In this document: positions 36,873-49,310 of the stretch, piece by piece
Layout of the letters: each line of letters begins with the position of its first letter
How positions within the stretch are numbered: the stretch's first letter is position 1
NCBI GenBank assembly: GCA_965153285.1
Contig: OZ229110.1
DNA from: Podarcis tiliguerta
Lineage: Eukaryota
Reading direction: 5' to 3' (one strand)
DNA: 64,000 nucleotides
Program-made: the position numbers and the translations under genes
The notes under the pieces: model-generated
Databases searched by the model: none
The model's input: the letters and a program-made list of their open reading frames with translations, nothing else
Told to the model about the DNA's origin: nothing

Positions 36873-39275
36873 GCACATTACCTGGTTTTCTTCTCAAGTA
36901 GGACAATGTGCAATAAGTGTCTACTTTCTGCATATGATCTTGTTGGTTGTTTGGTTGTTTTAATTGCTTACTGTCTGCTATAGTTTATTGTTCTCATCAT
37001 GTTATACATATAACTTGCCCTGGAACATTTGGTGAAGGGCAGGTAAATAAAGATGCAAAATAAATATATGAACTGTATGATAAGTTAGTTTTCACTCTGT
37101 AGCAGCAACTTTCCATTATAATTGGCCTCTTTTTTAAAAATAATAATAATCTAAAATTACTTTTAAGAACTTGGGTAAGGGTTCCCATTCATCCTATCCT
37201 ATGCTAAATTAGTCATCATAGTCTATATGTACATTCTGGGAAATTGAAAACAGATATTTAGCTTTGTGTGAAATACTTCAGTAGCTGGAAAGTATGGTGA
37301 AAATTTGAGCATTAGCACAAACAACCCCCACCAAGAAATTCAAAATGGAGAGTCTGAACTCTGTCTTGTCTGATCTGCACAAATCTTCACATTCCAATTA
37401 ATCACTAAAAATATGAGAGAGCATTTCTTCCAAATGCATTTCAGTTCTAATACCAGCAGAATCCAGTGCATTTTGCCTTCTTCCATTTCCTTTTCTTTAG
37501 AAGAAGAAGAAAAATTGCCCACCAGACCAGATAATTCTCTATGAATGCTGATAAAACAATTCCGTGGCTAGGGACATCTAACCTGGCAAGTAGAATGCAT
37601 ATGAAGCAGTAATAAAGAGATAATTAGCTGAAGGGTTACAATGCAGCACACTTCATGCCTGGGAATGCCAGGGAATGGGGCGAAGGCATGCAACAATGCA
37701 TTGGTTTGACAATACAAGAGTAGAGTAAATGTTCACAACATATTTGCATTTCCTCTGAAGAGCTCTTGACATGAAAGTGCCATGTTTCTAACCTTTTCAA
37801 AGATGATCTGCTGACAGAGCCTCTGCATTAGCCATCCAGGGCTGATGTGTTGTCCTGAGTCATCCATCCACTTTGATTATTCTCAATTGACAGATAATTC
37901 TGCATTTTTCTGGGCCACATTAACAAGGCAGGACACAACTGGGCCAGCTGCTCAGTCGTTCTCATTTCAAGCAGTTCGACCGAATAAAGCCAAGTTACCC
38001 CAGTTTACACCAGCTAAGCGCTTTACCCAACTTCATATACTCCTTGGCTCTTTTCTAGCTTTCTGACCTTCTCAGTGCAATAAGATTAATATCTTTCACC
38101 TCTCTTTTTTAAACATTACGGAATATTCCCCCCCTACGGCCACCACCATTTTCTCTGTTTGTAAAATAAGTACTGTAAGATTACAGGAAGAGATAGCAAG
38201 CAGTAAATAAATATTGCCACATTTTATGAGGTAAGGCCTCATCCAAGGAATTTTGTGTGAGATTTGTCACTGGAGAGGTAATGAGAGGCATTTTCCCAGG
38301 AACTAGTAGTAAATGGTTCGATGAGTAATGCTCTCTGCTTAACTGGTTGTTGTTTTTACTCATGATGGGTCAGGTTTCCAGGGAGCTAGGCGCTCATTTC
38401 TCCATACACCAAGCCCTCCTGAAAAATCAGAGCTAAGCACAGCTTCTCACAGGCATCAAACGCACCTCAATATTTCCAGCATTAACCTTTCTGGCAATAA
38501 ATGTGAAGGGGATGACTACTGATTAGCTTGTTTGGAGCTAATCCCTGAGATTTTGATGCTTTTCTACTAAGCCTGCTTTTGTCATGGCCCAATTACATTT
38601 TTCCAGGCTCTGTGCCCAAAAGTCATTTTCATATGTATTGCAGCCCTGAGGGACACAACAGAAAGGACAGGGAGAGATGACTTTAAACTCTGCAGGGTAC
38701 ATTTAAGTTCCACGTTAAGGAAGACATAACTATAAGAACAATACAGCAGGTAAGAAATCACCTGCCTGAGAGGTGGTAAATTTCCTTTCTCACTGATTTT
38801 CACCAAAACACTGGAGAGAAATTAGTTCTGCCCTTTCAGTCCATTTCTGGGCCCAGTTCAGATTTTAGCCATTGCAGCCTTAAATGGCTTAGGAGCATGC
38901 CATTTCTTCCTGGGCCTTAAGATCTTTGTAAGATGTCCTTCTCCAGGAAGGTTCCTCCAACAAATGAGGTAGGATGGGTGGCTACTTGGGAGAGGGTCTT
39001 TTTCATGGTGGAATATGCTCCCCAGAGAAGTTTGTCTGGCACCTATGCTATGGCTTTTGAGAAACCAGACAAAGGTCGTCTTCTTCTTTTTCTTCCTTCA
39101 ACTGCAGTTGATAACTCCATATAAATTCTTGGAGTATAAGGCTATTCATGGCAACGATTAACAATGGTGGTACATTATGTATTTATTATTTATTAAATGT
39201 ATTAAATTTGTAAAATGCCCTCCATCCAAAAATCACAGGGTGACTCACAACATAAAAATATAAAATGAGAACACA

Positions 39276-39277
<2 letters not shown>

Positions 39278-39308
<31 letters not shown>

Positions 39309-39343
39309 CGCACGTGCACACACACACACACACACACACACAC
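39278..39343. repeat. Inverted compound microsatellite (GT)n-spacer-(CA)n
   Basis: (GT)~14 at 39278-39306, AGCGCACGTG, (CA)~13 at 39317-39343. Confidence 0.95.
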
Positions 39344-39670
39344 TGCCTCTCCCATAAATGCATTTAAAAGGCCCTAGATTGTTTAATCAGCCCAAGGCCT
39401 GGTAATAGAGAAATGTTTTTTGGCTGGAGCCATTAGGTCCACTGTTGCAGGCACTTTGGTGCTATGTGCCAGTTGCTGAGATCTGCAAATTGGGCAAATG
39501 CTGTTGCATTCATGGCCTGCTTATGGGCTTCTCATACAGGCAGCTGCTTGACCACTGTAGGATGTTGGACTAGATGAAACTTTGATCTGATCTAGGAGGG
39601 CTCTTCTTAATCCATACCCAGGTAAATGCTGCCCCTGTAATTTCCTCACTGGTTGGAGAAGTGGGGAGTA

Positions 39671-40019
39671 TGTGATGTAGTCATGTTTAGATGCTGCATG
39701 AAGTCTCGGTAGGTTCCCACAAGGCAAGACACAGTGAAAGCAGGAAGAACCTTTACTGAACAAGCAGAGCTGGACAGCAGGGGCAAAGCAACTGCTTATA
39801 TACATTTCTGAAGGCCTGGGCCACTCCCACTCCCAACATGATTGTCTGTCCAAACATCCAAGCTGCGAATCATAAGTCAGAGCTCAAGGGCCAATGGCAG
39901 AAGCCCAAATCCTGAAATGTTCTGTGATTGGATATCATGTATTGAATCAGAACAATGGGGCTCATAATCCTTAGTCCAGACTCAAGCTCAGGCAAACACA
40001 GACTACTGAACGCATAACA
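39671..40019 (-). mobile_element. Probable solo LTR
   Basis: Minus strand TGTTATG...CATCACA termini with CCAAT (39927-39931), TATATAA (39796-39802) and AGTAAA (39752-39757) in U3-R-U5 order. No clear TSD. Confidence 0.55.
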
Positions 40020-42320
40020 CTGCAGCTCACATTTTCTTATATTGGCTTAAGGCCATTAAGTAAGTGGGAGTCAGCCTCCTTAGGTATTAAGACAGGAACC
40101 CGAAGGCTTGTGTGCACTCAGCAAAAATAAAAAATAAACTGTTTTTCATTTCTAATTGCTTTTGAAATTCCCCTCAGACTCAAAATAAGTATTTTATGTC
40201 GCATGTGGTAGGATTGTTGTTCAAGAAACATAAGCAACAAATTGCCCCTGGACAACAGAACTACTTGTACAGTTCTTTGGATCCAGAACCTAGTATTTAC
40301 TGCAATGTTTGCCTCTGAACCACACAGCTTTAATGCTCTCACCAGAATGGAGGCCCTGAATTTGCAAATACATGTGCAAACTACTTCTTGGGGATGCTTT
40401 CCTAAGCAGGGTTGAAAAAACAACAGACACAGTGAAGGATATATATATAATTGAGAAAAGTAGTTAATACATGAGAAAAGTTAAGGTAGCCATAAAAAGC
40501 TCTTTTGCTCCCCATCCCCCCCCAAAACAGGTTTCCATTGGGGGAGAAAATGAAAAATGATTTGACTATGAGATATTTCAGGCACTACATCTATGTGCTA
40601 CAATATATATCTTTTTCAGGTTTACTTTTCTTCCAGGGTGGCAATTACATCTACAATTGCATGTGCATGGAGAAGAAAATATACCCCAAATTGCACATGA
40701 ACCCTTGAGATTAGCAGTTCATTTCATGCACTGTTGGATTTGTCTCCTGTCTCTCGTATACACCTTCCCACAGCAAAAGCGCAGAACATCTCCCTGCTAC
40801 CTCTCAAACAGTTTGTGAGGCCGGCTTGCCACCCAACTTGCCATTAAAGAAAATGAGAGGAACAGCTAGAATAAAGAGCAAATCTTTCAAAACGTGAAAG
40901 GTCTGTTTCGTTGTTTAGATGTGAATATTCAACCTTGTGTGCTAGTTAAAGAAAGCTCTCCAACCTGCTCCGCCCTGGCTTTTCTGTGTAATTTACTGGA
41001 TTTCAATATGTTTCGGACAAAAAACCTTTGAACCGTTCTTCAAGGATGACAGAAAACATTTGGGAAATTGGAGAAGAAAAATGGAATCTGAAGTAAGCAA
41101 GCAAATGAATATAACAGCTTGGCTCTTAGGACCCAAAAGTGGACTTCCACTCTTTCCCCCCTTTGTACTACGATCCCTGGTACCTACCTGCCAAGTGAAG
41201 TTAGAAAACCTTATAGAATGGGATTCACTGTGTCATAGGAAGTTACTACTTCAGAGGAACTTGGCAGAAACCAGGAACCCTCTTTGGTCAGGAAAAGCTA
41301 ACACAGTTGGGGTTTTGCTGCAGAGGCACACACACACACACACACACCAGCATGGGCATCACTGCTATGTTTCCTGGATGGTACAGGGGTTGGACTGTGT
41401 GGATGTGCACTAGTGAAAGTGTCCCATCATACCATCTGCTCCTATCTCTGGCAAGATCAGAAGGATGTCACTGGATCCAACCCACTGATTAGAAATTACA
41501 CCAGCTAGATTAGTAGAATATCAAACTAAAGAACGAAATGTCTGTATGTATGTTAAGGGGACTCTTAAGTTGAGCCGTTAATGTGCATAATAACCATCCA
41601 TTGTGCACATTCCTCAGGCTTCATGGAGAATGTGCATACACTTTCTCCATGAAGAGGAAATTGACCACATTCTCTGGTCGATATACATATTCTTCAACGG
41701 GTCTTGAAAATGTTTTTGTGTCAACTGAATTTAGACATTTTCCAGTCATTATGCACAATCTCCAATAGGTTTTGGGGGGGATGTTCATATATTGGCTGAA
41801 TTTGTACATTCTACAACCACATTAAATGCTCAGCTTTCATTTCCTTTAACATATACATTATGTGATTTCGGCATACTATTCAAAGGGTTGTATGCAACAT
41901 GGAGCTATGTGATCGTTCCATCAGCAAACTGATTTATCCGTGCACAATAGAATATTCATTCTCTTCTCCCATGCACCCCTAGATGTGTTTGGGGGTTTCC
42001 CCAACCCTATGGAGCAGATTTGGTGAGGGCACAGGACATGCAGAGACAGGAGAGGGGAAATTCCCATTGTGCAAATGGAATACTGCCCAGAGTTTCTCCT
42101 GGAACAATATAGACAAGGTATGTCCAAACACTTTTTTAAAGTAAGATAGCACTGGATGGGCACATTGTACAAATTCTGAGAATAACATTGCATAGTATGT
42201 ACTATGCAATGCATAGTATGTACAAAATTGCAAACAATTTTGTAATGTTAACTGGGTTTAGTTTGAACACTTGTTGCTGAGCAAGCTAGGATCTGAAACT
42301 ACAATCTGAGCATTCATATT

Positions 42321-43392
42321 GTTGTTGTGTAGTCGTTTAGTCGTGTCTGACTCTTCGTGACCCCGTGAATGAGAGCATGCCAGGCACTCCTGTCTTCCAC
42401 TGCCTCCCACAGTTTGGTCAGACTCATGTTTGTAGCTTCGAGAACACTGTCCAACCATCTTGTCCTCTGTCATCCCCTTCTCCTTGTGCCCTCCATCTTT
42501 CCCAACATCAGGGTCTTTTCCAGGGAGTCTTCTCTTCTCATGAGGTGGCCAGAGTATTGGAGCTCAGCTTCAGGATCTGTCCTTCCAGTGAACACTCAGG
42601 GCTGATTTCCTTCAGAATGGATAGGTGTGATCTTCTTGCAGTCCATGCGACTCTCAAGAAGCTCCTCCAGCACCATAATTCAAAAGCATCAGTTCTTCGG
42701 CGATCAGCCTTCCTTATGGTCCCGCCATAACTGCTCTCACTTCCATACATCTCTACTGGGAAAACCATAGCTTTAACTATACGGACCTTTGTTGGCAAGG
42801 TGATGTCTCTGCTTTTTAAGATGCTGTCTAGGTTTGTCATTGCTTTTCTCCCAAGAAGCAGGTGTCTTTTAATTTTCTGACTACTATCACCATCTGTAGT
42901 GATTATGGAGCCCAAGAAAGTAAAATCTCTCACTGCCTCCATTTCTTCCCCTTCTATTTGCCAGGAAGTGATGGGCCCAGTGGCCATGATCTTCGTTTTT
43001 TTGATGTTGAGCTTCAGACCATATTTTGCACTCTCCTCTTTCACCCTCATTAAAAGGTTCTTTAATTCCTCCTCACTTTCTGCCATCAAGGTTGTGTCAT
43101 TAACATATCTGAGGTTGTTGATATTTTCTTCCAGCAATCTTAATTCCGGCTTGGGATTCATCCAGTCCAGCCTTTCACATGATGAATTCTGCATATAAGT
43201 TAAATAAGCAGGGAGACAATATACAGCCTTGTCGTACTTCTTTCCCTATTTTGAACCAAACAGTTGTTCCATATCCATTTCTAACTGTAGCTTCTTGTCC
43301 CACATAGAGATTTCTCAGGAGACAGATGAGGTGATCAGGCACTCCCATTTCTTTAAGAACTTGCAATAGTTTGCTGTGGTCGACACAGTCAA
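42321..43392 (-). mobile_element. 5'-truncated BovB LINE
   Basis: ORFs 42538-43194 and 43175-43546 contain DCVDHSKL..VLKEMGVPDHL, RQGCILSPCLFNLY and NINNLRYVNDTTLMAE (catalytic YADD mutated). TSD GAGCATTCATATT/GAGCCTTCATATT at 42308-42320 and 43393-43405. Confidence 0.95.
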
Positions 43393-43469
43393 GAGCCTTC
43401 ATATTAAGAAGAGTTAATAAGTTAACAAGAGGTCTTTTAAAAACAACAACAACACGGCTCTCCAAGTTT

Positions 43470-43656
43470 TGAAGAAGAGAAGAGAAGAGTTTTGATTTGA
43501 TATCCCGCTTTATCACTACCCAAAGGAGTCTCAAAGCGGCTAACATTCTCCTTTCCCTTCCTCCCCCACAACAAACACTCTGTGAGGTGAGTGGGGCTGA
43601 GAGACTTCAGAGAAGTGTGACTAGCCCAAGGTCACCCAACAGCTGCATGTGGAGGA
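43470..43656 (-). mobile_element. CORE (MIR-like) SINE 3' portion with (TTCTC)n-like tail
   Basis: CCCCACAACAAACACTCTGTGAGGTGAGTGGGGCTGAGAGA...GACTAGCCCAAGGTCACCCA, similar to the 20765-20984 body. Confidence 0.75.
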
Positions 43657-46600
43657 CCTCTGCTTAGTTTTTAAAGTGAAAGCTTTCATTGGCCTTCTCT
43701 AGCCCATGGAGTGGGGAAGAGAAGCACATCAGCTCAAGACTCTCTGGGATTTAGTCATACCATGGTTTAGCAGGGCACCATGGTTTTCTGTAATTTTTGA
43801 ACCTCACCAGGCTTTCTGATGCCCATCAGTAATGTGGGAATTAATATTGCTGGCTGTTTTAAATAGCACACCAAGATAATGTACTTGAAGTGGTTTGGCT
43901 TTGGAAATCCAGATTATTGTTGTTGAGACTGGATGTCATCCTGTTCTATAAAATTTGTACAAATTGGAAGAGATCCCAAGGGTCATCTAATCAAACCCCT
44001 GTAGGAATCACAGCTACGTCTTGGTAGCTGCTAGGACAGAGGCAGTAGGGTTGTATCATGCAACGTGACAAAGCATTCAACAGGCCACTCGCCTTCTCAC
44101 CTACAAAAATAAAAAATAATCCTATGTGGACTTCTTAAATAAAAATAAATAAAACAGATCTGTCAGCTAACCTCAAAAAGGTACTAAGTTGGAAAATCAT
44201 AATAAGAATGTGGTTATCAGAACTCAGACTGATATCTAACATGTATGTCCAGATACTGAGAATTTTCTTTCCTTGGTCCTTTTTTTTATGCAAACACAGC
44301 ATACATTTGGCAATAATGTTTAAGGTCCAAATTTACTCTGGTTTTTTATATTATTTTATTTGCTGTCTTAAATAGGACTCAGTCACCTTTTCTTATGTGC
44401 AGCGTATTAATGCAGAGTGATTGCAGATTAAATTACAGTTGCATCCAAGGAGAGTTTAGGGTAGTCATCACAACAATACATATACTCATTTTTATGATCA
44501 ATCAAATCTGAATCATCAGCCCATTAAATTTAAGCTTCTAGCATGTACTAAGTCTGTAATTAAATTAAACTAATTAACATTTTCCCATTGTATTACATTT
44601 TCTTTTATTAGAACGAATCTCCATCCTCCTGTAGAACATCTGCATTGATGTCTTTCTAAAATGGAATGTCCCTTTGTGTGTGTATGTGTACGTATAACAT
44701 TTTAAATTGCTATGTAAAGCAATATATGCTTCTCTACTAAAGAATGTGGGGTTTTTTTCCTATTTAGAAACAAGCGAGGGACACCATACTGTCAGCTAAC
44801 TCTTATCTCACAGTCAAAGATTGATTTTTGTTTGCAAACCATATATTTTATATCTAAATCATGTTCACTGGCTTTCATTCATGATTGGAGATTGATACAG
44901 CCCTCTATAAAGAATGTATTTATCTTTTGCAACACTCAGTGAACACTAAATAGCAAACTAGGTCAGACGAAGAATCTTTAATTCCATCATTTTATGTGGG
45001 TAATTGCTTTTGCTTCCTTATGTTTAACTACAGTAAATGAACTATAATTTTAAATGTCGTTTGACACTTGCTATCAGGCATAGCATAAAACACAAGGAAG
45101 GCGGCAAATATAGCCATGCTCCAGCAAAAAAAGCTGTAGCCATGCTCCACTATGAAGATATGAGTGTAATCCACAAAGAGTGGCTGCTGCCTGTCTTACT
45201 CCCAAGAGAACAACACAGAGAACAACAGGAATATCCCTGGTGGTGACTAAAGGGCCACTTATAAAGAAATAGAGTTATAAATCCCATCCTTTTGTCCTCT
45301 CACCCTGAACCCTCTGCAGATCTTATCCAGAGGTTTCGGGGATCCCCTAGAACAGATTCATGGGACACACAGAGGGACGAGAGGGGAGAACGTTCCATTG
45401 AGCGTGGAAAAATCATTGTACTGACAGGGCAGTTACTTAGCACAACTTGGAACACAACTCAAGCTGGGCTGCCAGCTCCTGGGGCTGTGCGGAGAGCAGA
45501 GTGTGAAAATGGTGGAGTACGCATGCACATTCAACACCTGACGGTGTCCGTGTCACCCAGAAGATTGCAATCACAGAGATAATAAGGGTCGTTCCATTGT
45601 CTGGAGAGGTCACTTCCTGGTTTGCATGGAGAAGCAGTTTTCGATGGAACCCAGCAATGGAAGTCCACAGCTGTATTGTATACCACTGCTCCCAAGAGAA
45701 CATGGGGCTAGCTCCCTGGCCTCACAACTCCTTTACATGTTCTTTCAATGCAAGGGTATGGGATTGTGACAGGTCTGTTCTCCATGACTTTGCCCATACC
45801 ACTGGCAATCACCACAGTAATGGCAACAACCCCATATTATAATGGGTCAAGAAATGCTTTTTATTGTTCCTGAAAATAAAGCATAATTCATTTATGCTGA
45901 ATGACTCTTCATCACTTGGCAGGACAATCCAACCAGCTGGTTTACCAACATGGCTTACAAGTGCACTCTGTAATCGTTTATTACTTGTAAATGATTGTCT
46001 GTATTCACCCAGGAATTACCATTTTAGACCAAAACTTTATCCTTTATGGGGAGATCTTTCTACATTCAAGGTTTTTCACTATGAAGGAAGAACTCCAGGA
46101 GACAAAGTGAAGAGGTTAACAGGCAGATGTTTACAAAAATCTGAGCTCTAATGATCTAAGTTTGATCCCAGTTACTATAATCATAACGATCTGTAGTCCT
46201 TTAAAGACTGCAGCCTTCAAACCAACATTCTAGGATAACCCCATTAAGGTCAGTGGTGCAATGTTGTTTAAAGGCTGTGATTGTAATTTCTGAAAATGCA
46301 TGCTAATGTATGGACGACACTCACTAATTATTATTGTCCTTGAGGCTGCCCAGTCCTTAGTGCCATCCTTTCCTACTAATTCTCCATTATTAATGTTTAA
46401 AACTATTTAGTCTGGAGTGATATGGCATTTCAGAATAAACAACTGGTGTCTGCTTTATAGTTTTATCAGGACCTTCAAAGTCAACAGCTCTCTTTGTGCT
46501 CCATGCAGAGAAGAACTCTTGGGCATAATTTGGGTGTAAATAATTGATGCTGTTCGTAAACTGGATTATTCATATGGTAATCAGAGCTCTATGCCCTGTG

Positions 46601-47311
46601 TGCAATATTTAACAGCAAAAACTAAAAAAGATTTTTTTGTAAAAACAACAACAACAACTTGACCCTTCTTGTATTGAGGAGAAAACAAACAATTTCCCAC
46701 AATTGTCATTAATTCTGAGCACTTCCTCCCTAGTTTTACACTACAAATCTGTGTAACTCCCTTTTTTCTCACTACAGATGAAACAAAGCATATATATATT
46801 TTCCTTCCAAAGCAACCCAGAACTGCAAGTTGAGTTACTTGTCAGATTTGTGTAGTCTGTGTTTCCTATAGCCTACAAAAGGATTGCGAGGGATATTAAG
46901 AAGAAGCAATGTCATGCCAAAATCTATTCAAAATCCTGAGGAACTGAAATGTCAGCAACGTGCTACTCCCTATTTATAGAAGGAGTCATAGCTGTGGCAT
47001 CTAAAGAAAAGGCACAACCAGGTAGCCGAAAGAGAATGAGTTGCAGCCTGCAGATATTAAGGAGTGTGGATGGTCTGGGAATGGTATCCTATAAACATGT
47101 CTGCTTTTTAAATGCAGCAAAAAAAAAACCTTATGTAAAACATCTACCACAGCCACTCAGGCTTAGAGTGACCTTTTGCTCTTCCATCTAGAGAGGCAAT
47201 GGAGGCAGGCACACCTCTTAATTTTAAGAAAGAGAATGTCACAGTCACAAGAAAAGTGGAGCTACGTCTGCTTTTTCAGACCACTCCTTCTTTGGACTTG
47301 GGGCACACATG

Positions 47312-47544
47312 CAGGGCTAGCCCACCTATGAGGCAAGGTGAGGCAACAGAATCCACAGGGGCAGCAGATCTGGCCTCCAAGGAATGCATTGCCCACGGCT
47401 GCTGCCCCCTTGTTCCCAAAGTAGATCTTCACCTTCCCCCTTGTTTCTGATGTAGGTCTTCACTCACCCCTTCTTCCTTGGCAACTGGAGGGGAAGCCAT
47501 TTTGTGTTTCACCTCAGGTGCCAAAATATCTTGGGCAAACCCTG
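47312..47544. mobile_element. hAT-like MITE (related degraded copy ~19265-19404)
   Basis: CAGGGCTAGCCCA...TGAGGCAAGGTGAGGCA and CCTCAGGTGCCAAAAT...TGGGCAAACCCTG inverted ends; no clear TSD. Confidence 0.55.
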
Positions 47545-47784
47545 CTAGCACCATAACTCAACCTAGGAAGAAAAGCTAAGGCTGTGTTCTTATTAGCAGC
47601 TTGAAATACTACAAGGTCATTTCTCCCCTTAAAAAACCAGTGGTGAGAGCCTGCTGGAGCTGCAGCAAAGGGTAATGTGAACATACCCTTAATTTCAATC
47701 CCAGTTGAAGGCTCAATAGTGTTCTGTCGAGTTTCTGATTTTGTACACATTATTTGGCTGAAGAACCACATTGCAAAATTGGGA

Positions 47785-48106
47785 GAATATCTAAAGGGCT
47801 TTCCCATGGAAGATGGAGCAAGCTTGTTTTCTCCACTCTGGAGAGTAGGACCCAAACCAAGGGATTCAAGTTACAAGGAAGGAGATTCCAACTAAACACC
47901 AGGAAGAACTTTCTGATATTAAGAGCTGTTTGACAGTGGAACAGACTCACACGAGAAGTGGTGGAACTCTTGTTCCTTGGAGTTTTTTAAGCAGAGGTTG
48001 GATGGCCACCTGTCACATATGATCTAGTTGAAATTCTGCCTTGCAAGGGGTTGGATTAGATGACCCTCAAGATCCCTTCCAACTCTACCATTCTATGATT
48101 CTATGA
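47785..48106 (+). mobile_element. CR1 LINE 3' fragment inserted in an older DNA-transposon remnant ending CATCCCTA (~48204)
   Basis: YLKGFPMEDGASLFS, then GGATTCAAGTTACAAGGAAGGAGATTCC; tail CCCTTCCAACTCTACCATTCTATGATTCTATGA. Confidence 0.88.
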
Positions 48107-49139
48107 AGGACAACAGTGTTTTGGTTCACAAATTGTTTTGGAAAATGCAGATTCTGTAGGTTCACATTTCAATGTGATCTGAATTAATTTCTCCGCCATC
48201 CCTACAGGGCAGTCTTAAGGAAGCCAGTCAATATCTTTTGGGGGTCTATCCATAGAGAGTAATAACACATCAGCATTAGTGTAACAGGTCATTGCTTAGA
48301 GTAAGTTTTAATAGACCGTTTATATTTTTATATAATTTGGATTCTTTGAATGTTTGAATATTTTTTAATAGTTGGGGTCCCCCCCCCCATGTTTTTAGCT
48401 GTTCCTATTTCATCGGTAAGCTGCCTTGAGTCCTTGGTTAGGGGGAACGGTGGGATAGGAATAAATATGCAATAATAATAGGGCAAAAATGGTTTGCCAT
48501 ATTTTGGGGTAAAATACCATTCCTTGAACAAATGAATGAACAAAGCCACCAGTGAAGAAATTCTGTTGATCTTCTGCACTATGTGCTTCAAACCCAGTAG
48601 TTAACTGCAACCTGGGCTTGCTGCTTTTGTAATGGCTGGTCCTATATTGTCCCGTTCTCATTTTAAGAACAATGCTGCAAAGTGTGCTCCTGGATTGATA
48701 TAGATTTACAATTATCCTAATACATTTACTTGAGTTACTATATTATGAACCATAGATACATCAGTATTATATATTATTAATTGACAGCACACAGTTCTTA
48801 CAGTACTGCTTGGGGCACAGATTCTACAATTAAGTGAGAGGGGAAGGGGAGTAAGACCGCATTTGCTGTGGCAGTGAAAATGGGAGGAAAATAAGGTATG
48901 AAAAGATATCTGAAGCAGATCACACGGTGGAGGTTCAGGACAGATGGCTCCAAATAATAATAAGACACAGGTGGCCTTGTAGTTTCTGAAGGACAAACCA
49001 TACAAATGACTTTTTCGTATTGCTTTTTATCCTGTAAAATGTGTCTGCTCTGAATATTTATGCCATATTGTTTCCTATTAATACATATTTCTAGAGCACT
49101 TTGTACAGGGTGATTTCCACGCCTTGGACACATTCATGC

Positions 49140-49310
49140 CATACATTTAGAGCGGTATCAAACCTTTACCATACCACTTTAAACAGTCATGGCTTTTCCC
49201 AAAGAATTCTGGGAGCTGTAGTTTGTTAAGGGTGCTGAGAGTTGTTAGGCGACCCCTACTAACAAGCTACAATTCCCAGAGTTCCCTGGGAAGAGGGACT
49301 GATTGTTAAG
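49140..49310. mobile_element. Half copy of the long palindromic MITE
   Basis: CCACTTTAAACAGTCATGGCTT...AAAGAATTCTGGGAGCTGTAGTTTGTTAAGGGTGCTGAGAGTTGTTAGG matches the 12955 and 54855 arms. Confidence 0.8.

Noticed and set aside
32381-43546. BovB-derived ORFs as functional genes, including antisense ORFs 32381-32896, 32915-33322 and 42365-42730
   Set aside because: 5'-truncated, frameshifted RT fragments (one has YVND in place of YADD); the plus-strand ORFs are antisense shadows.
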